Below, one piece after another: positions 28,707 through 38,707 of a DNA stretch of 64,000 nt (its first letter is position 1; every line of letters starts with the position of its first letter). The notes under the pieces are model-generated. The model was not told the origin of the DNA. It saw only the letters and a program-made list of their open reading frames with translations, and made no database searches. This DNA is from Oceanispirochaeta sp. (GTDB lineage: Bacteria; Spirochaetota; Spirochaetia; DSM-2461). The translations under genes and the position numbers were made by a program. The stretch is taken from assembly GCA_963663385.2 (NCBI GenBank), contig CAXXXD010000001.1:192001-256000 (forward strand), read 5' to 3'.

Positions 28707-29674
28707 GTAAAAAAGAGAAAAAGAAACGAGATAAAAAACCGGGACGAATTGTTCTGATAATACTGCTTCTGGCAATCCTTGCCGCCGGAGCCTTTACCGT
28801 TCTTAGTATGAAAAACAACGGAGGGCCCAAAGGCTCTCCCGGACAGGATGGAATGGAAGAGGACAAGGAAACCATTTTTGCGGTTACAGTAACCGAAGCC
28901 GTGTCCGGTGAAATAAAGGATCTTCTGGAAGTAAACGGCGATGTCATTCCCGACAGCTCGGTAGATCTTTATCCAGATAATTCCGGAAAGCTGTCCAGAC
29001 TCTATGTGGAACTGGGTGACTATGTCCGAAAGGGTCAGGTAATCGCAGAAGTTGATCCCTCCCGGCCGGGCATGTCATACACGGCCAACCCGGTTAAAGC
29101 GGAAATCAGCGGAACCATAACCCGACTGCCCTTCGACCTGGGAGCCACCGTCGGGCCCCAGTCCCCCGTCGCTACTGTCGGGAGGCTTCACAACCTTCAG
29201 GTCAGAACGTATATTCCCGAACGGTTTATCTCCAAAATCCGAATGGGAATGAAGGCGAACCTTACTTTCGAATCCTATCCCGGAGAAATTTTTCCGGGAG
29301 TGGTAACAGAAGTCAACCCTGTTGTGGATGAAGTATCCAGAACTCTGGAAATCAAAATGGACCTTGTCGACAGGGATTCCCGGATCAAAGCGGGAATGTA
29401 TGCCAAGATCAGCCTTATAACCGAAGAAAAGGATGATATCGTCCGGATCCCTTCGGACTGCATCATCAGCCGTTTCGGCGAAACCTTTGTATTCGTTATG
29501 GACGGAGAAGATAAGGTAGCCAGGCGCTTCGTAACACCGGGGATCCAGATCAGCGGAGTATCCGAAATTGCGGAGGGACTGAAAGCGGGTGAACGGGTGA
29601 TCTACCAGGGCCAGACCCTGCTGGATGATCAGGCCCCCGTCAAAGTCGTCAGAACCATGCAGCCCTTAAAGTAA
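28703..29674 (+). CDS. RND efflux periplasmic adaptor (MFP)
   Basis: N-terminal TM, lipoyl-like GDYVRKGQVIA, KAGMYA, GLKAGERVI. Confidence 0.92.
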   Translation: MSKKEKKKRDKKPGRIVLIILLLAILAAGAFTVLSMKNNGGPKGSPGQDGMEEDKETIFAVTVTEAVSGEIKDLLEVNGDVIPDSSVDLYPDNSGKLSRLYVELGDYVRKGQVIAEVDPSRPGMSYTANPVKAEISGTITRLPFDLGATVGPQSPVATVGRLHNLQVRTYIPERFISKIRMGMKANLTFESYPGEIFPGVVTEVNPVVDEVSRTLEIKMDLVDRDSRIKAGMYAKISLITEEKDDIVRIPSDCIISRFGETFVFVMDGEDKVARRFVTPGIQISGVSEIAEGLKAGERVIYQGQTLLDDQAPVKVVRTMQPLK

Positions 29675-29684
29675 AGGACAAAAC

Positions 29685-32600
29685 ATGAGTGTAGCCAAAT
29701 CAATAGTACATAAACCCACCACCGTACTGATACTCTTTACAATACTGGTGGGGCTGGGACTTTATATAGTGCCCCAGGTACCGATAGACCTCTATCCCGA
29801 GATCAACCCGCCGATTCTCGTGGTGTATACCAACTACCCGGGAGCGGGTCCTGAAGAGGTGGAACAGACTCTTACCCGCCCCCTGGAAGGAGCGTTGATG
29901 AACGTGTCCGACATGGAACGGATCACCTCGACCTCCTCAGAAGGGAACAGCATGATCATCCTGGAATTCGGCTGGGACGTTCCTCTGTCGCCAGCGGCGC
30001 AGGACGTAAGGGATACCCTTGAATTTATCAAGGATTACCTTCCCCAAGATGCCTCAGCGGTGCAGATTTTCAAATTTGATCCTGCCATGATGCCCATTAT
30101 AGACCTTGTAGTAAACGGCAACCGGTCTCCTGAAGAGATCAGAGCCATTGCCGAAGACCAGATACAACCCTATCTGGAACAGGTATCAGGAGTCGCCACA
30201 TCCTTCATAACCGGCGGCCGGGAGAAGGTTATCCGGGTGGAGATCAGCCAGAACCGCCTGGAAGCCTACGGCCTGAACATAACCGGGATAGCCGGTATGC
30301 TGGCCACGCAGAACCTGCAGATCGGTGCCGGTTCCGTTGAAGAGGGATCCAAAAAATACCTTGTCCGCACAGGCGGTGAGTACAAGAACCTGGAAGAGAT
30401 TGAGAACGCCGTTGTTTCCTACAAGGTTTCTGGAGGGATAACCAAAGAGATCCGCCTGAGAGACATTGCAAAAGTATATGAAGGCTATAAAGACGCCACC
30501 AGCACTGTCTACATTAACGGTGAACCCGGTGTCTATATTTCCATCCAGAAGCAGAGCGGCGTCAATTCCATCGAAACGGCAGATAATGTTCTGGCCAAAC
30601 TGGAACAGATCAACAGGAACCTGCCGCCTGACATGTCTGTGTCTGTCATCAACAATACAACCGAAATGATCCGGAACTCCCTGAATCAGGTAACCCGTTC
30701 TGCTATTACAGGAGCCCTGCTGGCCATGGTGGTTCTCTTTGTTTTTCTCAGAAGCTTCAAGAGCACCTTCATCATCGGCCTCTCCATTCCCATCTCTCTT
30801 CTGATAACCATTATGTGTATGTATTTCGCAGGGCTGACTCTCAATATGATGACCCTTGCGGGACTCACACTGGGGGTCGGGATGATTGTGGACTCCTCCA
30901 TTGTTATACTGGAAAATATCTTCCGTTACCGCGAAAAAGGGGCCAAGCTTATGCCTTCGGCCATCCTGGGAACCCAGGAGATGTTTATGGCCATCATGGC
31001 TTCCACCCTGACAACGGTCTGTGTTTTCCTGCCGGTTCTGATGTTTAAAAGGGAGCTGGAAATGATCGGAGTCCTTTTCAAGGACATGGCTTTTACCATC
31101 ATTATAGCGCTGCTCTCCTCCCTGTTCATCGCCATAACTCTGGTCCCCGTTCTGGCCAGCAAATATATCGCTCTGTATACCCGGAAACAGCACCCTCTTA
31201 AATGGAGACTGTTCCGGGGCATAGACAACGCTATGGGCCGGTTTTTCACAGGCATGGACAATATGTACAAGAAAGCTCTCGCATCCTGCCTGGACAATAA
31301 AGTCCTGACGATCCTCGTTGTGGTTGGCCTTTTTGCTTTGAGCCTTCTGATGTTCCCCTCCATCGGGATCAACTTCATGCCCAGCAGCGAGGAGGATTCT
31401 ATCGTCCTTTCCATGGATATGCCCATCGGTACCCGGCTGGATCTTACCCAGGAGTATATGGACCAGCTGGCCATGATCGCCCAGAGAGAGATCGACAGTG
31501 CCAAGGACATCATTATATCCACCGGAGGAGGAGACTTCCTGTCTTCCGACAACAGTGCCCGGGGAACCATGACTATGACATTGAAGGATTTCGAACTCAG
31601 AACCGAAACCAATGATGAGATTAAAGAGGAGCTCCGGTCTCATTTTGACGACTTTCCCTCTGCCACATTCAGCTTCGGTTCCAATCAGGGAATGGGAGGA
31701 GCCGCTTCTCCTATCGACATTATAGTAAAGACTGAAGATATGGTGGAGGCCAAGAAAGTTGCCAACGATATTAAAGAGATGCTTATCGATCTTGTCCCCG
31801 AAGTTACTGAACCCGACATCAGCCTGACCGAAGGCCTGCCTCAGGCGGAAATCGTCATAGACCGGGAAAAAGCCTACTCCCTCGGGCTGTCTGTCATGTC
31901 CATCGGAAACGAAATATCCGCCAATGTGGACGGCAAGACCGCCTCCCGCTACCGGGTGGGAGGAGACGAATTCGATATCCTCGTCATTCTGGATGAAGCG
32001 GACCGTAATGCCATTCCCGACCTGGAAAAGATCTTCATCCTCAACACTATGGGCCGGCGAATTCCCCTGTCCAGTGTCGCCCGGATTGAAAAAACCACGG
32101 GTCCCGTGGACATCGCCCGGGAGGATCAGAGCCGGGTCATCCATGTCACCGGCGGGCTGAAACCCGGATTTGCCGCCAACCAGGTGGAACCCAGGGTCAG
32201 GCAGCTGATCAAGGAGAACATTGTAACCGCCGATGATGTGCTGATCGACTATAACGGGGATTATGCGGAGATCCAGTCCTATGTGATGAAGTTTGCTGTA
32301 ATTATGATTATTGCCGTAGCACTGGTATTCGGTGTAATGGCGGCTCAGTTCGAATCCCTCAAGGATCCGTTTATTATTTTCTTCACAATCCCCCTGATGG
32401 CTGTGGGAATCCTTTTCCTCTATAAATTCACAGGGGAGACCCTGAGTATGTTCAGTGCCGTCGGAGTCGTTATGCTGGCGGGAATCGTTGTTAACAACGG
32501 AATCGTAATGGTGGACTACACCAATATCCTGAGGGGACGGGGGCTCTGCATCCGTGACGCCTGTATTGAAGCGGGGGGCAACAGGCTCCGTCCGGTTCTG

Positions 32601-32855
32601 ATGACTACCCTGACCACCGTTCTGGGAATGATGCCCATGGCTTTTTCTTCGGGACAGGGATCGGAACTGGTCCGGCCCTTCGGTCAGACCGTAATAGGCG
32701 GTCTGACCATGAGCACCATCCTGACGCTGTTCCTTGTACCCGTCTTATATGCCGTATTCAACCGGAAACATAAAAACAACCTGGCCATGGAGTGCATCGA
32801 TGCAGAGGATTTCATCAATGTGCCTGAAGTGGCCGGAGAGGAGATACAGTCGTGA
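29685..32855 (+). CDS. AcrB/AcrD/AcrF-family RND permease
   Basis: YPGAGPEEVE, GMIVDSSIV, GIVVNNGIV, RLRPVLMTT. Confidence 0.96.
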   Translation: MSVAKSIVHKPTTVLILFTILVGLGLYIVPQVPIDLYPEINPPILVVYTNYPGAGPEEVEQTLTRPLEGALMNVSDMERITSTSSEGNSMIILEFGWDVPLSPAAQDVRDTLEFIKDYLPQDASAVQIFKFDPAMMPIIDLVVNGNRSPEEIRAIAEDQIQPYLEQVSGVATSFITGGREKVIRVEISQNRLEAYGLNITGIAGMLATQNLQIGAGSVEEGSKKYLVRTGGEYKNLEEIENAVVSYKVSGGITKEIRLRDIAKVYEGYKDATSTVYINGEPGVYISIQKQSGVNSIETADNVLAKLEQINRNLPPDMSVSVINNTTEMIRNSLNQVTRSAITGALLAMVVLFVFLRSFKSTFIIGLSIPISLLITIMCMYFAGLTLNMMTLAGLTLGVGMIVDSSIVILENIFRYREKGAKLMPSAILGTQEMFMAIMASTLTTVCVFLPVLMFKRELEMIGVLFKDMAFTIIIALLSSLFIAITLVPVLASKYIALYTRKQHPLKWRLFRGIDNAMGRFFTGMDNMYKKALASCLDNKVLTILVVVGLFALSLLMFPSIGINFMPSSEEDSIVLSMDMPIGTRLDLTQEYMDQLAMIAQREIDSAKDIIISTGGGDFLSSDNSARGTMTMTLKDFELRTETNDEIKEELRSHFDDFPSATFSFGSNQGMGGAASPIDIIVKTEDMVEAKKVANDIKEMLIDLVPEVTEPDISLTEGLPQAEIVIDREKAYSLGLSVMSIGNEISANVDGKTASRYRVGGDEFDILVILDEADRNAIPDLEKIFILNTMGRRIPLSSVARIEKTTGPVDIAREDQSRVIHVTGGLKPGFAANQVEPRVRQLIKENIVTADDVLIDYNGDYAEIQSYVMKFAVIMIIAVALVFGVMAAQFESLKDPFIIFFTIPLMAVGILFLYKFTGETLSMFSAVGVVMLAGIVVNNGIVMVDYTNILRGRGLCIRDACIEAGGNRLRPVLMTTLTTVLGMMPMAFSSGQGSELVRPFGQTVIGGLTMSTILTLFLVPVLYAVFNRKHKNNLAMECIDAEDFINVPEVAGEEIQS

Positions 32856-33130
32856 AACGTGTTGAAATTATGGCCAATCAGTCTATCGAAGCCGACCTGT
32901 TTGAAGCGTTCAGCAGGAAGGGTTTGGCCAGGCATTATACCAAAATCCCCAATGTCATGGGCATAGGGAATTCCGATCCGAAAATGGGAGACCATATCTG
33001 GCCGGAAGAAAATGTCATGATCATCCTTTACTGCGAAGAGGAGGAAGCAAACCTTCTGTGCGAAGCCGTCAAAGAGGTGAAGGAGCACTTCCCCCGGGAA
33101 GGATTGAAGATATTTATCAGCCAGTGCTGA
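32852..33130 (+). CDS. Small P-II-like transporter-associated protein (PG0541-like)
   Basis: G.G...PKMGDHIWPEEN motif. GTGA overlap with the RND stop. Confidence 0.7.
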   Translation: MKRVEIMANQSIEADLFEAFSRKGLARHYTKIPNVMGIGNSDPKMGDHIWPEENVMIILYCEEEEANLLCEAVKEVKEHFPREGLKIFISQC

Positions 33131-33133
33131 TAG

Positions 33134-33175
33134 AAAGGCTGTTTTGCGGATACCCTGACAGAACAGCCTTTTTTT
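33134..33175 (+). terminator. Rho-independent terminator
   Basis: AAAGGCTGTTTTG...CAGAACAGCCTTT plus a T run. Confidence 0.85.
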
Positions 33176-33279
33176 GTAACCATTTGTTTCCTTGCCAGCT
33201 TATAAAGGAGATGGTACAATTCAGTGCCTCTGATTACTGAACCAATAATATATAAGATAAAACCTCCGGGAGGAAGACA

Positions 33280-34230
33280 TTGATCAAAGCGATTGATTTA
33301 ACCAAAAGCTACGGCAGACACCTTGCTGTCAATAAAATCAATTTTGAAATCGGGAAAGGGGAGATCATAGGTTTTCTGGGACCAAACGGGGCCGGCAAGT
33401 CCACAACCATGAATATGATTACCGGCTATATTGCCCCCAGCGACGGGAAAATTCTGATCGACGGGGATGATATTCTGGATGACCCGGAAAAAACCAGGCG
33501 GAAAATCGGCTATCTGCCGGAACAGCCGCCCCTTTATATGGATATGACCGTATCCGAATACCTGAACTTCGCAGGCAGACTGAAACTGGTGGAACGGACT
33601 CAGCTGAAACAGGACCTGGAAAAGATCTGCGATCTTGTAAAAATCGGTGATGTCCGGAAAAGACTGATCCGCAACCTTTCAAAAGGATACAAACAGAGGG
33701 TCGGGCTGGCCCAGTCCCTTCTGGGGAACCCCCAGCTGCTGATTCTGGATGAACCCACTGTGGGCCTGGATCCCAAACAGATTATAGAAATCCGGAACCT
33801 GATCAAATCCCTCAGCCAAGACCATACTATCGTTCTCAGTTCCCATATACTGCCGGAAATCTCTGCTGTATGCGACCGGGTTCTGATTATCAGCAAAGGA
33901 GAAATTGTCGCTTCGGACACAGCAGAAAACCTTGCCCAGAACCTGGCGGGGATGCATCAGCTTCATATGAGGATCAAGGGAGAGGAGCAGGCTGTCAGAG
34001 CGGCGCTTCAGGAAATTCCCGCCCTCAAGGAGATTACGATCTCCGCTTCGGGAGAGAACGGCGCCTGCAATGTGGTTGTGGAAGCCGGGCAGGAAGAGGA
34101 TATACGGGAAGAGGTATTTTACGCCCTCAGCCGGAACAAATGCCCCATCCTGCAGATGAGGCCCATGGATATGTCTCTGGAAGAGATTTTCCTGAACCTG
34201 ACAACCGAAGAAGGAGAAAACAGCAAATGA
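33280..34230 (+). CDS. ABC transporter ATPase (GldA-like)
   Basis: GPNGAGKS, LSKGYKQR, ILDEPT, SSH. Confidence 0.93.
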   Translation: MIKAIDLTKSYGRHLAVNKINFEIGKGEIIGFLGPNGAGKSTTMNMITGYIAPSDGKILIDGDDILDDPEKTRRKIGYLPEQPPLYMDMTVSEYLNFAGRLKLVERTQLKQDLEKICDLVKIGDVRKRLIRNLSKGYKQRVGLAQSLLGNPQLLILDEPTVGLDPKQIIEIRNLIKSLSQDHTIVLSSHILPEISAVCDRVLIISKGEIVASDTAENLAQNLAGMHQLHMRIKGEEQAVRAALQEIPALKEITISASGENGACNVVVEAGQEEDIREEVFYALSRNKCPILQMRPMDMSLEEIFLNLTTEEGENSK

Positions 34231-35090
34231 CGGCGGTATTTCTAAAAGAACTGCGTACCTATTTCACCACCCCCATCGGGTATATTTTCATGGGAGTATT
34301 CCTCCTGATTTCCGGGATTCTTTTTACAACGAGCAATGTGTTCGCCATGAATTCAGACTACTCCTCCTTTCTGGGGAGTCTTATCTTTATCTTTCTGCTG
34401 GTAACACCTCTTCTGACTATGAAGATTCTCAGTGAGGAAAAAAAACAGAAAACAGACCAGCTGCTGATGACGGCTCCTGTTTCATCCGGAAAGGTTATAC
34501 TGGGAAAATTCCTGGGAGCCCTGACCCTATACCTTATGACCCTGGTTATAACATTTATCTATCCCCTCTTCCTCTCTTTTCATGGAAGACTGGATACGGC
34601 ACAGATTATCGGAACCTATATAGGGTTCTTCCTTCTGGGAGGGTCCTTCATTTCCATAGGAATATTCGTTTCCTCCCTGTCGGACAGTCAGGCTTCTGCC
34701 GCGATCCTTACGTTCTGTGTACTGATCATCACATGGATTATTGATTTTCTGGGAGGCTTTATGCCCCAGTCCATCCCCTCGGGACTCATCTTTGCTTTTA
34801 TCATCGTTCTGGGAGCTGTTGCCTGGATGAACAATGCTACCAGGAATATCCCGTCCGCTCTCCTTACGGGCGTTGCAGGGATCCTGATCATTGCCCTGAT
34901 ATACCTGATAAACAAAGAAGTATTCATCAACCTGATCAGTAAAACCTTTACCTGGTTCTCCCTGACCAAACGGTTCAGCGACTTTCCCATGGGAGTCCTG
35001 AAACTGGATGCGATTGTGTATTACTGTTCTTTCTGCGGTTTTTTCCTTTTCCTGACAACCCAGAAAATTGAGAAACAGAGATGGAGCTGA
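34227..35090 (+). CDS. ABC-2 permease (GldF-like)
   Basis: Real start ATG 34227 (MTAVFLKELRTYFTTPIGY). EEKKQKTDQLLMTAP, ILGKFL. Confidence 0.9.
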   Translation: MTAVFLKELRTYFTTPIGYIFMGVFLLISGILFTTSNVFAMNSDYSSFLGSLIFIFLLVTPLLTMKILSEEKKQKTDQLLMTAPVSSGKVILGKFLGALTLYLMTLVITFIYPLFLSFHGRLDTAQIIGTYIGFFLLGGSFISIGIFVSSLSDSQASAAILTFCVLIITWIIDFLGGFMPQSIPSGLIFAFIIVLGAVAWMNNATRNIPSALLTGVAGILIIALIYLINKEVFINLISKTFTWFSLTKRFSDFPMGVLKLDAIVYYCSFCGFFLFLTTQKIEKQRWS

Positions 35091-35100
35091 GGAAGAAAAG

Positions 35101-36567
35101 ATGAATCTGAAAAACATGCCGAAACTGAAAGAGATATTCAAACTGAATTTCAAAGCCCGCCATGCGGGGATAGCCGCCCTGACCAATATTGCGGTTCTGG
35201 CGGGACTTGTGATTATAAATCTGCTGGTGCAAAAAATCCCCGCCGACTGGGATATGACAAAACGGAAACTCTTCTCCCTGACAGAAGACACAAAACAGCT
35301 GATAGAAAATCTGGATCAGGAAGTGGTCATCTATCTTCTGGCCAAACCGGGGATGGAGTCGGCGGACGTACTGGAAGTACTGGAAAAATACGACAATGCG
35401 TCCAAAATGGTACACCTGGAAATTATCGATCCGGACCGGAATCCCGCACTGATCAACCGTTACACAGAAGACGGCCAGGAGGTCGCACAGGGAAGTCTTA
35501 TCGTTACTTCGGGCAATTACTCCCGGATTATAGACAGGATGGACCTGTACAGCATCAGCTACAATCAGCAGGGCGCCCCTCAAGTTGTAGGGATGACCGT
35601 GGAACAGCGGGTAACCGCTGCGTTCTCCTATGTTTCTACAGGAAGAGAGCCGAAAGTATATGTCCTGGAAGGGCATAATGAATACACTCTGGAAGATCTG
35701 AATTTGCTTGAATCGGTAAAAAAGGCAAATTACACATCAGCGCCCCTGAATCTGATGAAGGTGGGAGAGGTCCCTTCTGATGCGGATATTCTGCTGGTTC
35801 TTTCTCCCGAACGGGACCTCAGCGACAGGGAAGAAAATGCCATTGCGGACTACCTGGAACAGGGCGGATCCGTTTTTATCGGTATGGATCTGATGGGAGA
35901 TATATTCCCCAACTTCGGCAGCCTGCTGGCATCGTACAACGTAACAATCGAACAGGGCGTGATTATGGAGAAGGATACAAACCGTCTCCTCCCCGGACTG
36001 GGAAACAACCCCATATTCTTCTCTCCCCGCTATCCTGACGAGAATGCCATTACGGATCCCCTGAAGGAGAACAGCCTTGATGTTTTTCTTGTTACGGCCA
36101 TGGGAATCGGAGAAACGAAAGTTCAGAAAAGGAATCTGAACGTGGTCCCCCTTTTGACATCATCCAGCAGCAGCTGGCTCAGAACAGATATGCAGGAACG
36201 CTCGGAATCCCGGGTTGGATCCGATATACCCGGTCCTGTCAACGCAGCTGTTTCGGTAGCGGAACGGAACCGGGAAACAGGGGATGAAGACGGAGCCCGC
36301 CTGATCGTTCTTGCCAGCGGGCAGTCCCTCTCAAAACTATCAGGGCTGGGTCAGATCAAAGCCAACATTGAGTTTTTCCTGAACAGCCTGAACTGGCTGA
36401 GCGCTCAGGAGGATGCGGTCAGCATATCCGGCAAAAGCCTGTTCAGACTGCCCCTGCGGATTAATGCCCTGCAGGCGTGGATCTATGCGGGAATAGCCAT
36501 CCTGCTGATTCCCCTGTTGATTATTATTACAGGAACGGTAGTGAATCTCAGGAGGAAGCACCTTTGA
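35101..36567 (+). CDS. GldG-family ABC auxiliary component
   Basis: DMTKRKLFSLTEDT, DPDRNP, GHNE. N- and C-terminal TM helices. Confidence 0.88.
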   Translation: MNLKNMPKLKEIFKLNFKARHAGIAALTNIAVLAGLVIINLLVQKIPADWDMTKRKLFSLTEDTKQLIENLDQEVVIYLLAKPGMESADVLEVLEKYDNASKMVHLEIIDPDRNPALINRYTEDGQEVAQGSLIVTSGNYSRIIDRMDLYSISYNQQGAPQVVGMTVEQRVTAAFSYVSTGREPKVYVLEGHNEYTLEDLNLLESVKKANYTSAPLNLMKVGEVPSDADILLVLSPERDLSDREENAIADYLEQGGSVFIGMDLMGDIFPNFGSLLASYNVTIEQGVIMEKDTNRLLPGLGNNPIFFSPRYPDENAITDPLKENSLDVFLVTAMGIGETKVQKRNLNVVPLLTSSSSSWLRTDMQERSESRVGSDIPGPVNAAVSVAERNRETGDEDGARLIVLASGQSLSKLSGLGQIKANIEFFLNSLNWLSAQEDAVSISGKSLFRLPLRINALQAWIYAGIAILLIPLLIIITGTVVNLRRKHL

Positions 36568-37952
36568 AAAAGAAAAAGCAGCTTTTTATGGCTCTGGGAG
36601 CTCTGATTATACTCCTTGCGGCCTATGGGCTTTTCACACTGTCCGAAAAGAAGAAAGAAGCCGAAGCGGATGAAGTGAGCAGTTATGAAGCTCCCGAATC
36701 CTGGGAGCTAACCAGGCTTGATGAAACGGAGATCCGCTCTCTCTCCCTGGAAAATACAAAGGGGTCTTTCACCCTTGTTAAAAAAGACGAGAGCTGGAAA
36801 ATCAGGGGACGGGAGGAACTGAAACTTAATGCCCAGGCTGTGGCATCCCTTGTGATGTCGTCGGCCAGAATTGTCAGTTTTGAACAGATAAGCCCGGACA
36901 GCATTAATGTTGAAGAGTACGGCCTTGTTGAACCGGATGCCATCCTGACAATTGAGAAACCGGACGACACGCTGATCCGCATACGTATCGGATCAGCCAA
37001 CCCCTCCGGGAAGGGCCACTATGTACAGAAAGAAGGCGATCCGGCAATCTACCTGATCTCGTCCTTTATCAGCGGACCTATGATGAATGACATAAACAGC
37101 TTGAGAGACCGATCCCTGCCCACCATAAACGGGCAGGATCTGAGCTATCTTAAAATTGAAGCAGACAGAACCATTGAGGTGGTCCCTGCTTTTCAGTTTG
37201 AAAAATTCGGCAGCAATATGAGCCCGTTTCTGCTGGTACGCCCCTATAGAAGGCCCCTGCCGGTGAATGCGGAAAAAATCTCCGAATATATGGAAAAGTT
37301 TTTCAGCGGACTGATTATTCAGACCTTTGAAGATCCGGATACCCCCGAATCAGTCAGCGGCCTGGGATCGGCGGCCCGAACCATTCAGATGAAAGACAAG
37401 TCCGGGGCGGAGTTCGAGTTACGAGTCGGAAACAGAAATGATAACGGCGCCTACTACTGCGCCCTCCCGGGAGATCCCGGGGTATTCACAGTCGACGGAG
37501 AAGCCCTTTCACTGGTTGAAGCCAGACCTTTCGATATGGCAGACCGCTTCGTCCGACTGGTCGGGATAGACCTTGTGGAAACTCTCAGTGTTGAAACCCC
37601 GGAAAAAAAGTGGGAAGGCCGGATCGAAAAACTGGATGAGGAAAATGCCAACTACTACTTTCAGGGTGAGATGATTGCCGAAGATCCTTTCAAGGATATG
37701 TATCAGGAAGTTCTCTACCTGCTGTACGAAGGGGAGTTGACCTCGGATTTTACTTCGGGAGAGGCGGCCGTCACCATCCGTTATAGGGGAAACAGCGATA
37801 ACCCCGGAGAAACAAAGGCGGAGTTCTTTCCTTACGACAGGGATTACTACGCAGTTAGCGTTGATGGATATGATGTGGAATTCCTTATCGGAAAGTATCA
37901 GGTAGACAACCTGCTGGAATTCCTGGAGAATTTTACGGGAAAAGAAGAGTAA
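36564..37952 (+). CDS. DUF4340-like membrane-anchored protein
   Basis: TTG start with SD AGGAGG. Repeated EYGL..P / IG..NP..G.Y units. Usual last gene of Gld-like ABC operons. Confidence 0.8.
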   Translation: MKKKKQLFMALGALIILLAAYGLFTLSEKKKEAEADEVSSYEAPESWELTRLDETEIRSLSLENTKGSFTLVKKDESWKIRGREELKLNAQAVASLVMSSARIVSFEQISPDSINVEEYGLVEPDAILTIEKPDDTLIRIRIGSANPSGKGHYVQKEGDPAIYLISSFISGPMMNDINSLRDRSLPTINGQDLSYLKIEADRTIEVVPAFQFEKFGSNMSPFLLVRPYRRPLPVNAEKISEYMEKFFSGLIIQTFEDPDTPESVSGLGSAARTIQMKDKSGAEFELRVGNRNDNGAYYCALPGDPGVFTVDGEALSLVEARPFDMADRFVRLVGIDLVETLSVETPEKKWEGRIEKLDEENANYYFQGEMIAEDPFKDMYQEVLYLLYEGELTSDFTSGEAAVTIRYRGNSDNPGETKAEFFPYDRDYYAVSVDGYDVEFLIGKYQVDNLLEFLENFTGKEE

Positions 37953-37958
37953 TTCCCG

Positions 37959-38106
37959 GACCTCCCCTACCCCCTCCTGAGGAGGGGAACTTATACAGAC
38001 ATCTCCCCTCCTCAGTCAATAATTGGACTTCTCCCTGTGGGGAGACAGAGAGAAGTTTAGTAGTAAGGGGAAATTACATGTCCCGGTCCTCGAGCGAAGT
38101 CGAGAG
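37959..38106. repeat. Cluster of REP-like palindromes
   Basis: CCCCTCC-TGA-GGAGGGG. AATTGGACTTCTCCCTGTGGGGAGA matches 11159-11183. CTCGAGCGAAGTCGAG. Confidence 0.65.
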
Positions 38107-38107
38107 C

Positions 38108-38572
38108 TTATTTCAGAGCCGGCAGGAATTTGAATAGCGCCTTGTCATCCATAATATCAAAGAACAGAGAAGGCCGGTCTTTCAAACAGACTCTCCAGAA
38201 ACCACGTGTAAATACTGCTTTGAGTTTAGACAGGCTTTGAAGGGAATTTTCATCCACCAGGCCGCGGACACAATCCCTGGAATCCTTTTCGGAAACCTGT
38301 TGAACCGCAGTCACATCACTTAGTAAAAAGGAGTATTCCGTCTTTTCATAATCATCGTCTTTTCGGTTAAAAAGAGCCATCAGGGCATTCTGCTTTTCAA
38401 AATCTTCAAAGTACAAACGGTCGCCTATAATAAAGAAAAGCCCTCCACGCCCATTAATACTGTTCGAACCGGCTTCACCTATCAGGGTGGCATAAGTCTG
38501 AAAAAGGATCTTTCCTCCCAGCGCCTCTTCCTTCTCTTTCCAGTACTTTTCGATTTGAGCCTCAGTTGCCAT
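38108..38572 (-). CDS. Hypothetical protein (possibly PH-like)
   Basis: 154-aa ORF with SD AAGGAG. Confidence 0.7.
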   Translation of the reverse strand: MATEAQIEKYWKEKEEALGGKILFQTYATLIGEAGSNSINGRGGLFFIIGDRLYFEDFEKQNALMALFNRKDDDYEKTEYSFLLSDVTAVQQVSEKDSRDCVRGLVDENSLQSLSKLKAVFTRGFWRVCLKDRPSLFFDIMDDKALFKFLPALK

Positions 38573-38707
38573 ACAATCTCCTTTTTTACCAATACATCAT
38601 AATAACCGGAATATCCCCGCCCCGCAACTCTCCTTTCCCTTCAGGCAGACTTGACAATACCAGCCCGGGAAGGAATGATTAGAACCTATAGAAAACAGGA
38701 GTGTTCC

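Noticed and set aside
30186..32144. 652-aa antisense ORF inside the RND gene
   Set aside because: Shadow frame of a codon-biased gene, with no recognisable motifs or RBS.
33870..34226. 119-aa N-terminal extension of the ABC permease in the ORF track
   Set aside because: It overlaps the ATPase out of frame. The real start is ATG 34227, with an SD and ATGA coupling.
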